Shown here: in pieces, positions 19,542-29,959 of the stretch
Position numbering within the stretch: the first letter of the stretch is position 1
How the letters are laid out: each line of letters opens with the position of its first letter
Origin: Nitrosopumilaceae archaeon
GTDB taxonomy: Archaea; Thermoproteota; Nitrososphaeria; Nitrososphaerales; Nitrosopumilaceae
Length of the DNA: 64,000 nt
Reading direction: 5' to 3'
Assembly: GCA_965214835.1 (NCBI GenBank)
Contig: CBDCCK010000002.1
Location: 384,001 to 448,000 of the forward strand
Position numbers and translations under genes: made by a program
Notes under the pieces: model-generated
Database searches by the model: none
What the model was told of the DNA's origin: nothing
What the model saw: the letters and a program-made list of their open reading frames with translations, nothing else

Positions 19542-22500
19542 CTATGCCTGCTTTTTCTTGCTTACCTGCATGTACAGGTCTACCGTGCCGCTGCCGATCG
19601 GGATGTTGCTTCCAACGATGACGTTTTCGGTGACGCCCTTGAGCTGCTCGATTTCGCCGCCTAGTGCGGCATGCGCGATGGTCGGAACCGTGATCTCAAA
19701 TGCGGCCCTTGCCAGGACGCTGTCCTTGGTGCCGGCAATGCCATGCCTGCCGATCTGCTGCATGTATCCGCGCGAGCACATCAGGTCAGATACGAGCATT
19801 ATATACCGCAGGTCTACCTCGAGGCCCTGGTCCTCCAGGGTGTTTCTCAGCTCGCTGATCAGCGCGTTGCGTGCGGCCTCGATTCCCAGGGTGCTTGCGA
19901 TCTCAAAGACGTTGTTGGTCCTTACCTGGGTCCTGTCGATTCCCGGAACCTCCAGAACCTTGGGCAGGTTGGAGCCGGTCGTCTGGATGACCCACTCGTC
20001 GTCCTTTTGCACGAGGGTCACGCGCTCGATGTCGGGAACCCCCTTTACGGTGGTGTTGAGAACCTTGTTCCTGATCGTAATTACGGCCGGGGCATCGGAC
20101 TCCTCTACTAGCTTGAGGATCATTGTGTTTTCCAGGATTTCTGACTTGAATTTCTTGTTGGATGCAAGCGCCGCCTCGACGTCCTCCACGGCGCAGCCCC
20201 GCTCTCGCAGCCTGTTCTCGCTGAGGTTCAGCTTGATCTCGGTCGCATAGTCGGTCTCCGTATCGGTAATCAGCGCGCTTACCTTGGTCTGCAGCACGTT
20301 TCGTGCTACCTCGATGGCCATCTCCCTGGATTTCCTCGAGTCAGGATCCAGGTAGATGTCCATGGTTGGTGTGACCGGCTTTTTTCTGGCATCGACTAGC
20401 TCGATCAGTCTGGGAAGGCCCAGCGTTACGTTTCTCTCCCTTATGCCTGCAAAGTGGAAGGTCCTCAGGGTCATCTGGGTGCCGGGCTCGCCAATTGACT
20501 GTGCGGTGATAATCCCGACTGCCTGTCCGGGCTCGACCTTGGCCTTGTTGTAAAGATCCAGTCCCTTCCTTCCCACCTTGTTTACCCCGGACTTGCTGAG
20601 ATCAGACTTTGTCAGTGCTCCAGTCACCATCTCCCGCAGCCGGGGATTGAAGGTCTTGGTGTATTTTTTTGCAACGGCGGCAATCTCGTCCTTGGATGCC
20701 TTGGCGCCAGAGTCGATGATTTTCTCGGACTCGATGAGCCTTTCGACGTTGAAGGCCTCGCCGTGATCGCTCTTTGCGACGTCAATGCCGTCCTCCCCGT
20801 ACAGGAACTGGACGATATGCCCGTGGGGATCCCTCACCGTTCCGTCATATTCAAGCTTGATGTGCTCAAGGGCGTTGATGAGCCTGCGCTGCATATAGCC
20901 GCTCTGCTGCGTTCTGACTGCGGTGTCGACTAGTCCCTCACGCCCCCCCATGGCGTGGAAGAAGAACTCCAGTGCGGTGAGGCCCTCCCTGTAGTTGGTC
21001 TTTACAAATCCGTGTGCGTCCGGATCATCGTCATGCTCCTTGTAATGGGGCAGCGCCCTGTTATTGTAGCCGGTAAGGAGCCTCTTGCCACGCCTTGACT
21101 GCTGTCCCAGCGCGCCTGCCATCTGGCCGATGTTGAGTGCAGAGCCCCTGGCGCCTGTCGTGGCCATGATCCTTGCAGAGTTTGCCTCATCCAGCGCCTG
21201 ATCTGCGGCATTGCCTGCAGAATCCCTTGCCTTTGAGAGCTCGTTTACAATGTATGCCTCTAGCGCCTCCTCGGCCGAAAGGCCCCGGGTTAGCTTTAGG
21301 GTTCCCTTCTTTGCCTGCGATACCAGATCGTTTATGACATCATAGTGCCTTTGAATGCCCTCGTGGATGTCCCGCTTGGTCTTGTCGGTAAGCTCCAGAT
21401 CGCCATAGCCGTAGCTGAATCCGTAGTGGGTGATGAACTGCTTTGCCACGATAAGCACGGAGTTTAGGAACTTTTTTGCCTTTGCGTTTCCATAGTCCTT
21501 TGCGATTCTGTGCAGAACGCTTTCTGGCTCCTCGGCGCCGATGGATGACTTGTCGATTACCCCCGTTATCAGCTCGCCGTTTTTGATTACCACGTCCTTT
21601 TGTCTTCCCGACGTGCCCTTTGACCATTTTGACGTGATGACATAGTTAAAGTCGTCGGGCAGGAACACGGAGAACAGCTGCTTTCCGGTGTACAGCGGCC
21701 CGGATGCGCCCTTGTCTGCAGGCTTTGGGAGCGCGCCCGTATACCCGCCAAGCATGGCTAGGTTTGTAAACTCCTGGACGGTCAGCCTGGTATCGTCCTT
21801 GGTAAGCAGGTAGGAGCCGGTGATAAAGTCACGGAGGCCGCCGATGATCGGGCCGCCGTACCTCGGGGAAATCAGCTGGTCCTGGACCCTCATGAGCAGG
21901 ATCGCCTCTGCGCGCGCCTCCTCGCTCTGGGGAACGTGCAGGTTCATCTCGTCGCCGTCAAAGTCCGCATTGTACGGCGGGCATACCGACGGGTGCAGCC
22001 TGAAGGTCTTGCCGGGAAGGACGCGCACATAGTGTGCCATGATTGACATCTGGTGGAGCGACGGCTGCCTGTTGAACATTACAATGTCGCCGTCTGCAAG
22101 GTGCCGCTCGACCAGGTAGCCGATCTCAAGGGTCTCTGCAACCGTTGATCTGTCCTCCACGAAATCCAGCCTGATCTTGACGCCGTCAGGCCTCATGATG
22201 TAGTTGACGCCGGGGAATTCGTTGGGGCCGTTGACTACGAGCCCCCTCATCCTCTCAATGTTCCATTCCGTTACAATTTCGGGAATCGTAAGCTTCATTG
22301 CAACGGTTTCAGGGACACCTACCTCGGAGAGGTCCAAGTTTGGATCGGGTGAGATTACGGTCCTGCTCGAAAAGTCGACCCTTTTTCCGGACAGCGATCC
22401 CCGGAACCTTCCCTCCTTGCCCTTTAGCCTCTGCGTCAGGGTCTTGAGCGGCCTGCCGGATCTGTGGTGGGCCTGCGGGATTCCGGATACCTCGTTGTCA

Positions 22501-23339
22501 AAGTATGTGGTGGTGTGATACTGCAGCAGGTCGACTAGATCCTGTACGATCAGCGGCGGGGTTCCCGCCTCCTTGCTTTCCTTGAGCCTCTGGTTGACAC
22601 GGATGATGTCGACCATCTTGTGCGTCAGGTCGTCCTCTGAGCGGATTCCGGTCTCCAGTATGATTGACGGCCTTACGGTGACCGGCGGGACCGGCAGCGC
22701 CTGCAGAACAAACCACTCGGGCCTTGCGGTGTTAAAGTCATAGGACAGAAGGGTCAGGTCCTCGTCAAGGATCTGCGAGAACCTCTCCCGGATCGTGATT
22801 GGAAGCAGCCTGTGCTCGCCGATTTCGGTTTTCTCGACAAAGATGGTCGGCTTTGTGAATATCAGCTCGTATTGTGCCTTTCCACAGTGGGGGCACTCTT
22901 TTGCCTTTTTCGCCTTTTCAAGAATCTGCTCGGGGATTCTTTTTTGCGAGATGATGGTATATGCTGCCTCGCGCTTTTTGATTTTTGCAAACTCGTCAAG
23001 ATCCTCCTGTGGAACCTTGAGCCGCGAGCAGGAACGGCACGTTGCCAGCAGAAGCTTGTAGATGTTGTCTATGAACGCTATGTGCAAGACGGGCTCTGCC
23101 AGCTCGATGTGGCCAAAGTGCCCCGGACACCTTGCCGCGGTGTTCCCGCAGGTCAGGCACTTTTGTCCCGGCTCCAGCGTGCCAAGCCTCCCGTCCATAA
23201 GGCCCCCCTGAACAGGCATCCCGTCCTCGTCATATGTCTCCGGCGCGGTGATTTCCACAACGGAGTACTTGCGGATTTCGCTCGGGGACCAGACGGAGAA
23301 CTTGATTCCGTCAATTGACTTGATGGCCTGGATGGACAT
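19542..23339 (-). CDS. rpoA: RNA polymerase largest subunit, unsplit A'+A''
   Basis: NADFDGDEMN, CPGHFGH, QSIGEPGTQMTLRTFH; TAATG overlap with rpoB places the start at 23339. Confidence 0.97.
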   Translation of the reverse strand: MSIQAIKSIDGIKFSVWSPSEIRKYSVVEITAPETYDEDGMPVQGGLMDGRLGTLEPGQKCLTCGNTAARCPGHFGHIELAEPVLHIAFIDNIYKLLLATCRSCSRLKVPQEDLDEFAKIKKREAAYTIISQKRIPEQILEKAKKAKECPHCGKAQYELIFTKPTIFVEKTEIGEHRLLPITIRERFSQILDEDLTLLSYDFNTARPEWFVLQALPVPPVTVRPSIILETGIRSEDDLTHKMVDIIRVNQRLKESKEAGTPPLIVQDLVDLLQYHTTTYFDNEVSGIPQAHHRSGRPLKTLTQRLKGKEGRFRGSLSGKRVDFSSRTVISPDPNLDLSEVGVPETVAMKLTIPEIVTEWNIERMRGLVVNGPNEFPGVNYIMRPDGVKIRLDFVEDRSTVAETLEIGYLVERHLADGDIVMFNRQPSLHQMSIMAHYVRVLPGKTFRLHPSVCPPYNADFDGDEMNLHVPQSEEARAEAILLMRVQDQLISPRYGGPIIGGLRDFITGSYLLTKDDTRLTVQEFTNLAMLGGYTGALPKPADKGASGPLYTGKQLFSVFLPDDFNYVITSKWSKGTSGRQKDVVIKNGELITGVIDKSSIGAEEPESVLHRIAKDYGNAKAKKFLNSVLIVAKQFITHYGFSYGYGDLELTDKTKRDIHEGIQRHYDVINDLVSQAKKGTLKLTRGLSAEEALEAYIVNELSKARDSAGNAADQALDEANSARIMATTGARGSALNIGQMAGALGQQSRRGKRLLTGYNNRALPHYKEHDDDPDAHGFVKTNYREGLTALEFFFHAMGGREGLVDTAVRTQQSGYMQRRLINALEHIKLEYDGTVRDPHGHIVQFLYGEDGIDVAKSDHGEAFNVERLIESEKIIDSGAKASKDEIAAVAKKYTKTFNPRLREMVTGALTKSDLSKSGVNKVGRKGLDLYNKAKVEPGQAVGIITAQSIGEPGTQMTLRTFHFAGIRERNVTLGLPRLIELVDARKKPVTPTMDIYLDPDSRKSREMAIEVARNVLQTKVSALITDTETDYATEIKLNLSENRLRERGCAVEDVEAALASNKKFKSEILENTMILKLVEESDAPAVITIRNKVLNTTVKGVPDIERVTLVQKDDEWVIQTTGSNLPKVLEVPGIDRTQVRTNNVFEIASTLGIEAARNALISELRNTLEDQGLEVDLRYIMLVSDLMCSRGYMQQIGRHGIAGTKDSVLARAAFEITVPTIAHAALGGEIEQLKGVTENVIVGSNIPIGSGTVDLYMQVSKKKQA

Positions 23340-26300
23340 TACACCTTCTCCTTTATCTTCAGCCTGGGTGCGACGTTGAGGCTCTGCATCTCCTGCAGCA
23401 GCAGCTTGAAGGCGTATGCGACGGATACGGACGAGACCTTTGCCTTGTCGCCGCACACCCTGCAGACATACCGCCTCTGCTTGACGTCATGATAGGCCAC
23501 AAGGCCGCATCTCTCACAGACATAGACGTCGGACTTGTCAGACTCGTCTAGGAGCCTGTCCTTGAGAATCATGGATGCGCCGTAGGCAATCAGGCAGTCG
23601 CGCTCCATCTCGCCGAACCTCAGGCCGCCGCCGCGGGCCCTGCCCTCTGTGGGCTGCTTGGTGAGCATCTGGACCTGCCCGCGGGCCCTTGCGTGGATTT
23701 TATCTGCCACCATGTGGTGCAGTTTTTGATAGTATACGACCCCTATGAACACCTCGACGGGGAATGGTTTTCCGGTTCTGCCGTCATACATTGTTTCCTT
23801 GCCCGAGTACTCAAAGCCGTGCGCGTCCATAACCTCTCTGACCTCGTCCATTTTTTCGCCCACAAACGCCGAGCCGTCAAACTTTTTACCGCGTAGCGCC
23901 GCAGCCTTTCCACATACTGACTCCATGAACATTCCGACGGTCATTCTAGACGGGAATGCGTGGGGGTTGATCAAGACGTCCGGCGAGATTCCATCGGCGG
24001 TGTACGGCAGATCCTCGTTATTTGCCAGGATTCCAAGAACCCCCTTCTGTCCGTGTCTTGATGCGAATTTGTCGCCGATTTCCGGAATCCTCATGTCCCT
24101 GACTCTGATCTTGTACATTTTCCCGCCCTCGTTGGACTGGGTCATGACAACCGTATCAACGACGCCGGTCTCAGACGGCCTCACGCCAATGGAGGTGTCT
24201 CGCCTGTAGGGTCCGGATGACTCGAACTCGCGATACTCCTCCATGAAGCGCGGAGGACTGGTCTTTCCAATCAGGATGTCGCCGCCTAGTACGGAGGACT
24301 CTGTGGCAACTACTCCGTCCTCCTCAAGCAGGCGATACGCCTTTTCTCCCTTGTATCCCCTGATGTTGTCATCTGCGTTGGGAATCTCAAAGTTGTCCCT
24401 CATCCCGCCGGGATACTGCTTGGCCTCTGCATCGTAGATCCTGTAGAAGAACGTCCTGCCAAGGCCTCGGTCAACGGATGCCTTGCTGAGGACAATTGCA
24501 TCCTCGATATTGTAGCCGTCAAACGGCAACACTGCAACCACGCAGTTTTGTCCGGCCGGCCTGTCCTCAAGGCCGAGCAGGTTCATTGCCTTTGTATTTA
24601 CAATCGGCGTCTGCGGATACAGCATAAAGTGCTGTCTGACATAGGTGCTAGTATTCATCATCGGGGTTGAAAACCCGAGGCTTTGCTTTGCCATGGCAGA
24701 CTCGTACGTGTTTCTCGGAGACTGGTTGTGTTCCGGGTATGGAATGATCGAGGCGCCGGCCCCCAGGATGGCAGACGGGAAGATTTCCAGGTGCGTGTGT
24801 TTTTTGGAATCCCTTTTATCCATAAACCTGGGGCCATCGGCTAGCGTGCGCTCAGCTGCGCCAGAGTGCGCGTGTTTTTTGGAATCCTGTTCAAGCAGGA
24901 CATAGTAGTTTTCCTCCTCGTTTGCATCTATGAGCTCAATGATTCCCATTCTGATCAGATCATTCCAGGACAGCAGTTTTTTGGAGATCTTGTCTAATAG
25001 CTCCGCGGTAAGCAGCGACTTGCCGTCCTTGATTATAACCAATGGACGCAGTACCCTGCCTGCGTTACAGTTTATGTAGATTCTTCGGGTTGCACCCTCC
25101 TCGTCAGACTTGTGGAACGATATGCCCACGTGTGGGTGAATCTTTGAGTTCCGGCGAAGCTGGCGCAGCGAGTCGGTCAGCTGCTCGCCGTCCTTGTAGT
25201 ATCCAACCAGCCGTCCGTCTACAAATACACGGGCGCCATCTGCCTTTACGTCCTCCTTTGCGTCCAGAAAGTGCACGGTTCCCAAGTCGTACAGCTTTTC
25301 AACGATCTCCTCGGACGGGACGTTTACCGAGATGATTGCAGACAGTGCCAAGTTCTTTACCAGGCCACAGTTTGATCCTTCGGGGGTTTCACTCGGGCAA
25401 ATCCTCCCAAAGTGCGTCGCATGCAGATCCCTAGCCTCAAAGTTTGGCTGGGTCCTGCTAAGAGGGGATTGGATTCTTCTGAGATGGCTGATCGTTGAGA
25501 GGTAGTTGGTCCTGTCCAAGAGCTGCGTTACACCGACCCGCCCACGCCCCCAGTTTCCCGTGGCAATGGCGTTGTTTAGCTTGTCAGTTATAATGCCGGG
25601 CCTGATCGCCGCGGCAACCGCGTTGATGCCACGCTTTTGGCCGGAGCGCTCCAGCTGATACTTCATGTCACGGACCAGGTTCCTAAATGCGGTTCTAAAC
25701 AGATCTGCCAGCATCTGGCCTGCAAACTTGATTACCTTGTTTCCGTAGTGATCCTTGTCATCAGGAGCAATCCAGCCAAGCTTGAGCTCCAATAGCTTGC
25801 ATGCAGCCTCGCCCAGGAACTGCGCCTTTTCTTTGCGGTTTTCTGGGTGCTTTCCCAGGTGAGGTAAAAGGCCCCAGTCAAGGAGGGTCTCTGCCCGCTT
25901 GATCTGGAACTCCTCTAGCATGCCGGGCGCAATCCTCTTGCTTATGTATACAATGGCGTCCTTGGATGTTGGAACGTCTCCTGCCTTTTCAAACGAGCCC
26001 TCAAGCTCGTCTTGGATTTCATCTACAAGGGACACGGAGCCTGCAATCTCCCTGTCGGATTCCAGGCCAAGGGATCTCATCAGGGTGACAACCGGAATGT
26101 CCACGGGAGAGCCGGGTATTCTTGCAACGATGAGCCCGTCGTTTTTCATGACAAGCTCCAGCTTTGCACGATAGCCGACTATGGAGGAATAGACCTTGGC
26201 TTTGAAGATCGCGTTGCCGCCAACGGTCTCCTTGTCTACAATTATTTTGTTATACGACAGATCCTCCAACCCGACAATGACTCGCTCTGAGCCGTTGATG

Positions 26301-26758
26301 ATAAAGTATCCTCCCGGATCATTGGGATCCTCTCCGTGCTCGACTAGCTTTTGCGTGGAAAAGTTATGCAGTATGCAGGCGCTGGACTTTGCCATTACGG
26401 GAACGTCGCCAATGTGCACGAATCTAGACTCTAGGATTTTGCCGTCCTCCACTACGCTTGCCTCCATCATGACAGGTGCAGCATAGGAGACGTTTCGAAG
26501 CCTTGCCTCCGCAGGGGTGATGTGCGTGATTGATCCGTCAAGCTCCATCATCCTGGGCTGCTGTAGCTTTACTTTGCCAAGCTGGATTTTGTAAGGGTAT
26601 TCGGCATTTTCAATTTCGATTTGCTGGACTTCGTCAATAATGCTCTGGAGGCCGCGCTCTAGAAACTCGTCAAATGAGTTCAGGTGCTGTCTTGCAATGC
26701 CCTCCCTTTTGAGAATATCCTGAATTATCGGCCACCGCTTGATTGAGGGATCCGTCAT
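23339..26758 (-). CDS. rpoB: RNA polymerase subunit B
   Basis: GGYFIINGSE, ETPEG, GDKFASRHGQKG, GLRFGEMERD, C-terminal Zn ribbon. Confidence 0.98.
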   Translation of the reverse strand: MTDPSIKRWPIIQDILKREGIARQHLNSFDEFLERGLQSIIDEVQQIEIENAEYPYKIQLGKVKLQQPRMMELDGSITHITPAEARLRNVSYAAPVMMEASVVEDGKILESRFVHIGDVPVMAKSSACILHNFSTQKLVEHGEDPNDPGGYFIINGSERVIVGLEDLSYNKIIVDKETVGGNAIFKAKVYSSIVGYRAKLELVMKNDGLIVARIPGSPVDIPVVTLMRSLGLESDREIAGSVSLVDEIQDELEGSFEKAGDVPTSKDAIVYISKRIAPGMLEEFQIKRAETLLDWGLLPHLGKHPENRKEKAQFLGEAACKLLELKLGWIAPDDKDHYGNKVIKFAGQMLADLFRTAFRNLVRDMKYQLERSGQKRGINAVAAAIRPGIITDKLNNAIATGNWGRGRVGVTQLLDRTNYLSTISHLRRIQSPLSRTQPNFEARDLHATHFGRICPSETPEGSNCGLVKNLALSAIISVNVPSEEIVEKLYDLGTVHFLDAKEDVKADGARVFVDGRLVGYYKDGEQLTDSLRQLRRNSKIHPHVGISFHKSDEEGATRRIYINCNAGRVLRPLVIIKDGKSLLTAELLDKISKKLLSWNDLIRMGIIELIDANEEENYYVLLEQDSKKHAHSGAAERTLADGPRFMDKRDSKKHTHLEIFPSAILGAGASIIPYPEHNQSPRNTYESAMAKQSLGFSTPMMNTSTYVRQHFMLYPQTPIVNTKAMNLLGLEDRPAGQNCVVAVLPFDGYNIEDAIVLSKASVDRGLGRTFFYRIYDAEAKQYPGGMRDNFEIPNADDNIRGYKGEKAYRLLEEDGVVATESSVLGGDILIGKTSPPRFMEEYREFESSGPYRRDTSIGVRPSETGVVDTVVMTQSNEGGKMYKIRVRDMRIPEIGDKFASRHGQKGVLGILANNEDLPYTADGISPDVLINPHAFPSRMTVGMFMESVCGKAAALRGKKFDGSAFVGEKMDEVREVMDAHGFEYSGKETMYDGRTGKPFPVEVFIGVVYYQKLHHMVADKIHARARGQVQMLTKQPTEGRARGGGLRFGEMERDCLIAYGASMILKDRLLDESDKSDVYVCERCGLVAYHDVKQRRYVCRVCGDKAKVSSVSVAYAFKLLLQEMQSLNVAPRLKIKEKV
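24791..24887. repeat. 22-bp direct repeat 75 bp apart inside rpoB
   Basis: gtgcgtgtgttttttggaatcc (24791-24812) and gtgcgcgtgttttttggaatcc (24866-24887), 21/22. Confidence 0.85.
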
Positions 26759-27010
26759 CTATACCTCCACCACATACCTATAGTAAATCGCCTCGCCGGC
26801 AGTTGCGCTCTTTCGCGTAATCTTTATCATGTCCCCGGGCTTGACTCCCAGTCCTAAAATGGCAGGATCGCTGGCAAAGATTAGCGGCAGCTCGGTCGGC
26901 TGGCAGTTGAATTTTTTGAGGACATCTTCGGCGTCGTCTTTTGTCATGATTTCGTGCTTTGGAACATAAACGTGATCCGGAACCAGGATTGGGTTCTTTT
27001 TAGTTGCCAT
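26759..27010 (-). CDS. rpoH: RNA polymerase subunit H
   Basis: HVYVPKHEI, LPLI..SDP, GDMIKITRKS, YYRYV. Confidence 0.96.
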   Translation of the reverse strand: MATKKNPILVPDHVYVPKHEIMTKDDAEDVLKKFNCQPTELPLIFASDPAILGLGVKPGDMIKITRKSATAGEAIYYRYVVEV

Positions 27011-27180
27011 AGAATCTGTCTCCCAAAATAACATTAGCTGTAGAGAAAAATAATCCTGACAAACTGTCAACGAATCACCGAGAGGTTAATATATATCTAA
27101 TCTGAGAAATCTTACTTTTCTGCTATTAGTCAACTAATATTTTCCTAACCTTAAATAGTATTATCTCAGGCGTAAAGTCG

Positions 27181-28029
27181 ATGAAAACGCAGCTAGGGGT
27201 GTTATTTGTAACTGCAATGCTAATTGCAGGCAGCTCAATAACGCCATCGTTTGCACAGGTAGAACCAATCATGGTCTCAACAGACAAGGACTCTTATTCT
27301 GACGGAGACACCATTGTTGTTTCTGGTGAAGTGAGAAATCTGCTGTCAGAAACGGCGATTGCTCTTACTGTCAGAGCGCCAAACGGTAACATCGTCGCAA
27401 TTGCGCAACTCGATGTCGGAGCCGATAGAAAATTCAGTACAGAAGTAGTTGCCGGAGGATCTATATGGTCGACTGGTGGAACATATACAGTCAAAGTACA
27501 ATATGATCCTGCAGGATCAGCAGAGTCTTCCTTTGAATTCGGAGGATCTACGGGCCCAGGAACGATGAATGGTGGAGGTGGCGGATCAGAGCCAACATTT
27601 GAAGTCGACGCAGGCGAGGCAGGAAGCTTTCTAGTCGGATACTCAATCACGGGTGGAAGTCTAGACAATATTTCTGTCGACGGGGATTCAGCCACGCTAG
27701 TAGTGGAAATTAGTGCGACCGACGATGGAGAGCTAACATTAACCCTGCCAAGAGAATTGATTGACGCAAGAATGAACGGTTGCGAAGGTTCAGATGATGA
27801 ATTCTTTGCACTGGTAGATTCAGAAGAGGTAACCTTTGAAGAGACAAAGACCCCAGAATACAGAACAGTAACTGTGGGATTCGTTGCAGGCTCTGAAGAA
27901 ATCGAAATCATCGGCACTTGTGCAGTTCCAGAATTTGGTACTATAGCGGCATTGATTCTGGCAGTGGCAATTATCTCGATAATTGCAGTGTCTGCAAGAT
28001 CCAGACTCAGTATAATGCCAAAGTACTAG
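27181..28029 (+). CDS. PEFG-CTERM sorting-domain surface protein 1
   Basis: Signal peptide; C-terminal VPEFGTIAALILAVAIISIIAVSARSRL. Confidence 0.9.
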   Translation: MKTQLGVLFVTAMLIAGSSITPSFAQVEPIMVSTDKDSYSDGDTIVVSGEVRNLLSETAIALTVRAPNGNIVAIAQLDVGADRKFSTEVVAGGSIWSTGGTYTVKVQYDPAGSAESSFEFGGSTGPGTMNGGGGGSEPTFEVDAGEAGSFLVGYSITGGSLDNISVDGDSATLVVEISATDDGELTLTLPRELIDARMNGCEGSDDEFFALVDSEEVTFEETKTPEYRTVTVGFVAGSEEIEIIGTCAVPEFGTIAALILAVAIISIIAVSARSRLSIMPKY

Positions 28030-28030
28030 A

Positions 28031-28054
28031 ATTTTTTTCTTTTTTCTTCTTTTT
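28031..28054 (+). terminator. Oligo-T archaeal terminator
   Basis: T-rich tract immediately after the stop codon. Confidence 0.6.
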
Positions 28055-28078
28055 AGAATTAACGTATAGTGAAAACCA

Positions 28079-28150
28079 TAGGCTTTATGCGTAATCGGTG
28101 CAGGTCAGGGAAGTCAGGCGGTTTCTGTCATTTTTGGCAAAAGTCTCATA
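28079..28150 (+). mobile_element. MITE-like element family C
   Basis: taggctttatgcgtaatcggtgcagg...gtcatttttggca, similar to 18069-18147. Confidence 0.65.
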
Positions 28151-28212
28151 AATTCCCCAACAGCGGGAAGCATCTCCTTGCGCAGCTCATTCCCATATGT
28201 GTTGAAGAACCT
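28150..28212 (-). mobile_element. MITE-like element family F (~62 bp)
   Basis: Reverse complement aggttcttcaacacatatggga... aligns with 41366-41425 and 28459-28523. Confidence 0.6.
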
Positions 28213-28213
28213 G

Positions 28214-28324
28214 CAGCCAAGTGAAGTGTAAATGGGATTGTTGTTTTTGTCTTATTATTGAGGCGTCGTGTCTCTTGCCCAGCTTCTGTTTTTGCTCGAT
28301 TTTTTGGTACATTTCACTTTGACC
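28214..28324 (+). mobile_element. MITE-like element family D
   Basis: Aligns end to end with 49158-49268 (tgcccag.tt.tgtttttgctcgatt core). Confidence 0.7.
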
Positions 28325-28458
28325 TTGGTTTCACACCATATTTTACGCCCGCACGCATTGAGGAATCTTTAATCATCAGTGTTGTTCTGTTTTGGAACAT
28401 GACTCCGACAGGGATCAGCGGCAGGATTGGGTACGATTACACATGGGAGTGACGAGCA

Positions 28459-28523
28459 AAAACCCTTCAACGCATGTGTGTATGAACCACGCAGGGAAGT
28501 AATCCCCTGCAGCTGAAGAACTT
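28459..28523 (+). mobile_element. MITE-like element family F
   Basis: cttcaacgcatgtg.g.atgaac ... tgaagaactt shared with 41366-41425. Confidence 0.55.
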
Positions 28524-29062
28524 ACAATCAGCACTATTGACAATCATAAATTCTTGAAGACCGGCCACTGCCGGCAGGAGCATCCGATCATGAAATACAG
28601 GAGATTTTGCCCTGCAGTGTGGCTGGGCCGGCTAGGCAGGCCGTTCCATGCATGCAGCCATCATGTTTAGCCCCTCTGCCATACTTGATGGCCAATAGGA
28701 TTTTGTGGCTTGTCGATCTCACAGGGATGGCAGGGTACGGGGTCACGCCCCCTTGCCGGCCAGGCACGAAAGTCATAATCACACATGCCAACTTGTGTCT
28801 GATTGGCGGGGGCAGGTAGCCTTGTACATGACAGGCATTGCCAAAACACCCCCGCGGCCAAGCAAATGAGTCCCGATATTTGGTTGGCAGACTTGCAGGA
28901 GGGCTCCCGGAGAATCCGAATCTCGGACGATGACGGGCAATGCAAGCTGAAGTCCAAGATTTGTCAAAATAGTTGAAAATTAAAAAGATTGATCCATTTG
29001 GAAGCAAAATGATCATGCCCTTAAAAACGCTTTAATAATGACGATTATGTCTACAATGATAG

Positions 29063-29899
29063 ATGGTTTTGCAAAAAAAGACATCAATATCACTGGCGCT
29101 CATAGTAGTATCAGTAATCGTAATGGGCTCCATCGGCAGCTCGTTTGCACAGGATTCCGGAATGTCCATTACGGCAACTGCGCAAGACGGCTCTGATACC
29201 ATAACGGTGACAGGCAAGACAGTATACACAAACGACGTATCAATAACAGTAAAGGATCCAATCAGAAATGTGATTGCCATAGAACAAGAGACTCCAGATG
29301 AGAGTGGAAACTTTGCTGTAGACTTTAAGATAGACGGCATAGCATGGAGCCAGGACGGCTTTTATACAATCACCGCACAGCAGGGAGACGCCTCCTTGTA
29401 CAAGCTGTCTGTCAAGGTCCAGGTAGCAGGCGGCACAACCTTTGAGACCATGGAGACCCAGTCGACATTTGAGAACACAATGATAATACAAGAAAGCGGC
29501 ATGATGCAGGGATTGACAATGAGGGCAGATGCAATGGAGGGTTCCGATACAATTACCATAATTGGACATACGGACAAGACAGAGTTCCCTGTCTCAATTC
29601 AGGTGGTTGCTCCAAATGGGAATATCGTTGCAGTTGATCAGGCCTCACCAGATGCGGACGGCGACTTTTCAATTGACATTATAACCGGGGGAGAGGTCTG
29701 GAGCCAGGATGGTTTCTATACAATCACGGCTCAGCAGGGCGAAAGTTCCAAGTACGAAGCTTCGGTTCAAGTTGAGATACTAGACGGTTTGGTAATTCCA
29801 GAATTCGGTACTATAGCGGCATTGGTTCTGGCAGTGGCGATTATCTCGATAATTGCAGTGTCTGCAAGATCCAGACTTAGCATAATGCCGAAATACTAG
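29063..29899 (+). CDS. PEFG-CTERM surface protein 2 (internal domain duplication)
   Basis: Two copies of GSDTIT...WSQDGFYTITAQQG; IPEFGTIAAL tail. Confidence 0.9.
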   Translation: MVLQKKTSISLALIVVSVIVMGSIGSSFAQDSGMSITATAQDGSDTITVTGKTVYTNDVSITVKDPIRNVIAIEQETPDESGNFAVDFKIDGIAWSQDGFYTITAQQGDASLYKLSVKVQVAGGTTFETMETQSTFENTMIIQESGMMQGLTMRADAMEGSDTITIIGHTDKTEFPVSIQVVAPNGNIVAVDQASPDADGDFSIDIITGGEVWSQDGFYTITAQQGESSKYEASVQVEILDGLVIPEFGTIAALVLAVAIISIIAVSARSRLSIMPKY

Positions 29900-29900
29900 A

Positions 29901-29917
29901 ATTTTTTTCCTTTTTTT
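29901..29917 (+). terminator. Oligo-T terminator
   Basis: atttttttccttttttt after the stop codon. Confidence 0.55.
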
Positions 29918-29959
29918 CAACATATACATAAATAGAGACATTGGTTACCCGGATTCAAG

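Noticed and set aside
19542-23339. Unsplit rpoA as a novelty
   Set aside because: Established feature of this archaeal lineage
23340-23456. N-terminal extension of RpoA in the ORF track
   Set aside because: Overlaps the rpoB 3' end; TAATG coupling supports a start at 23339
24791-24887. Intein in rpoB
   Set aside because: Only 25 aa and no Cys/Ser...His-Asn splice motifs
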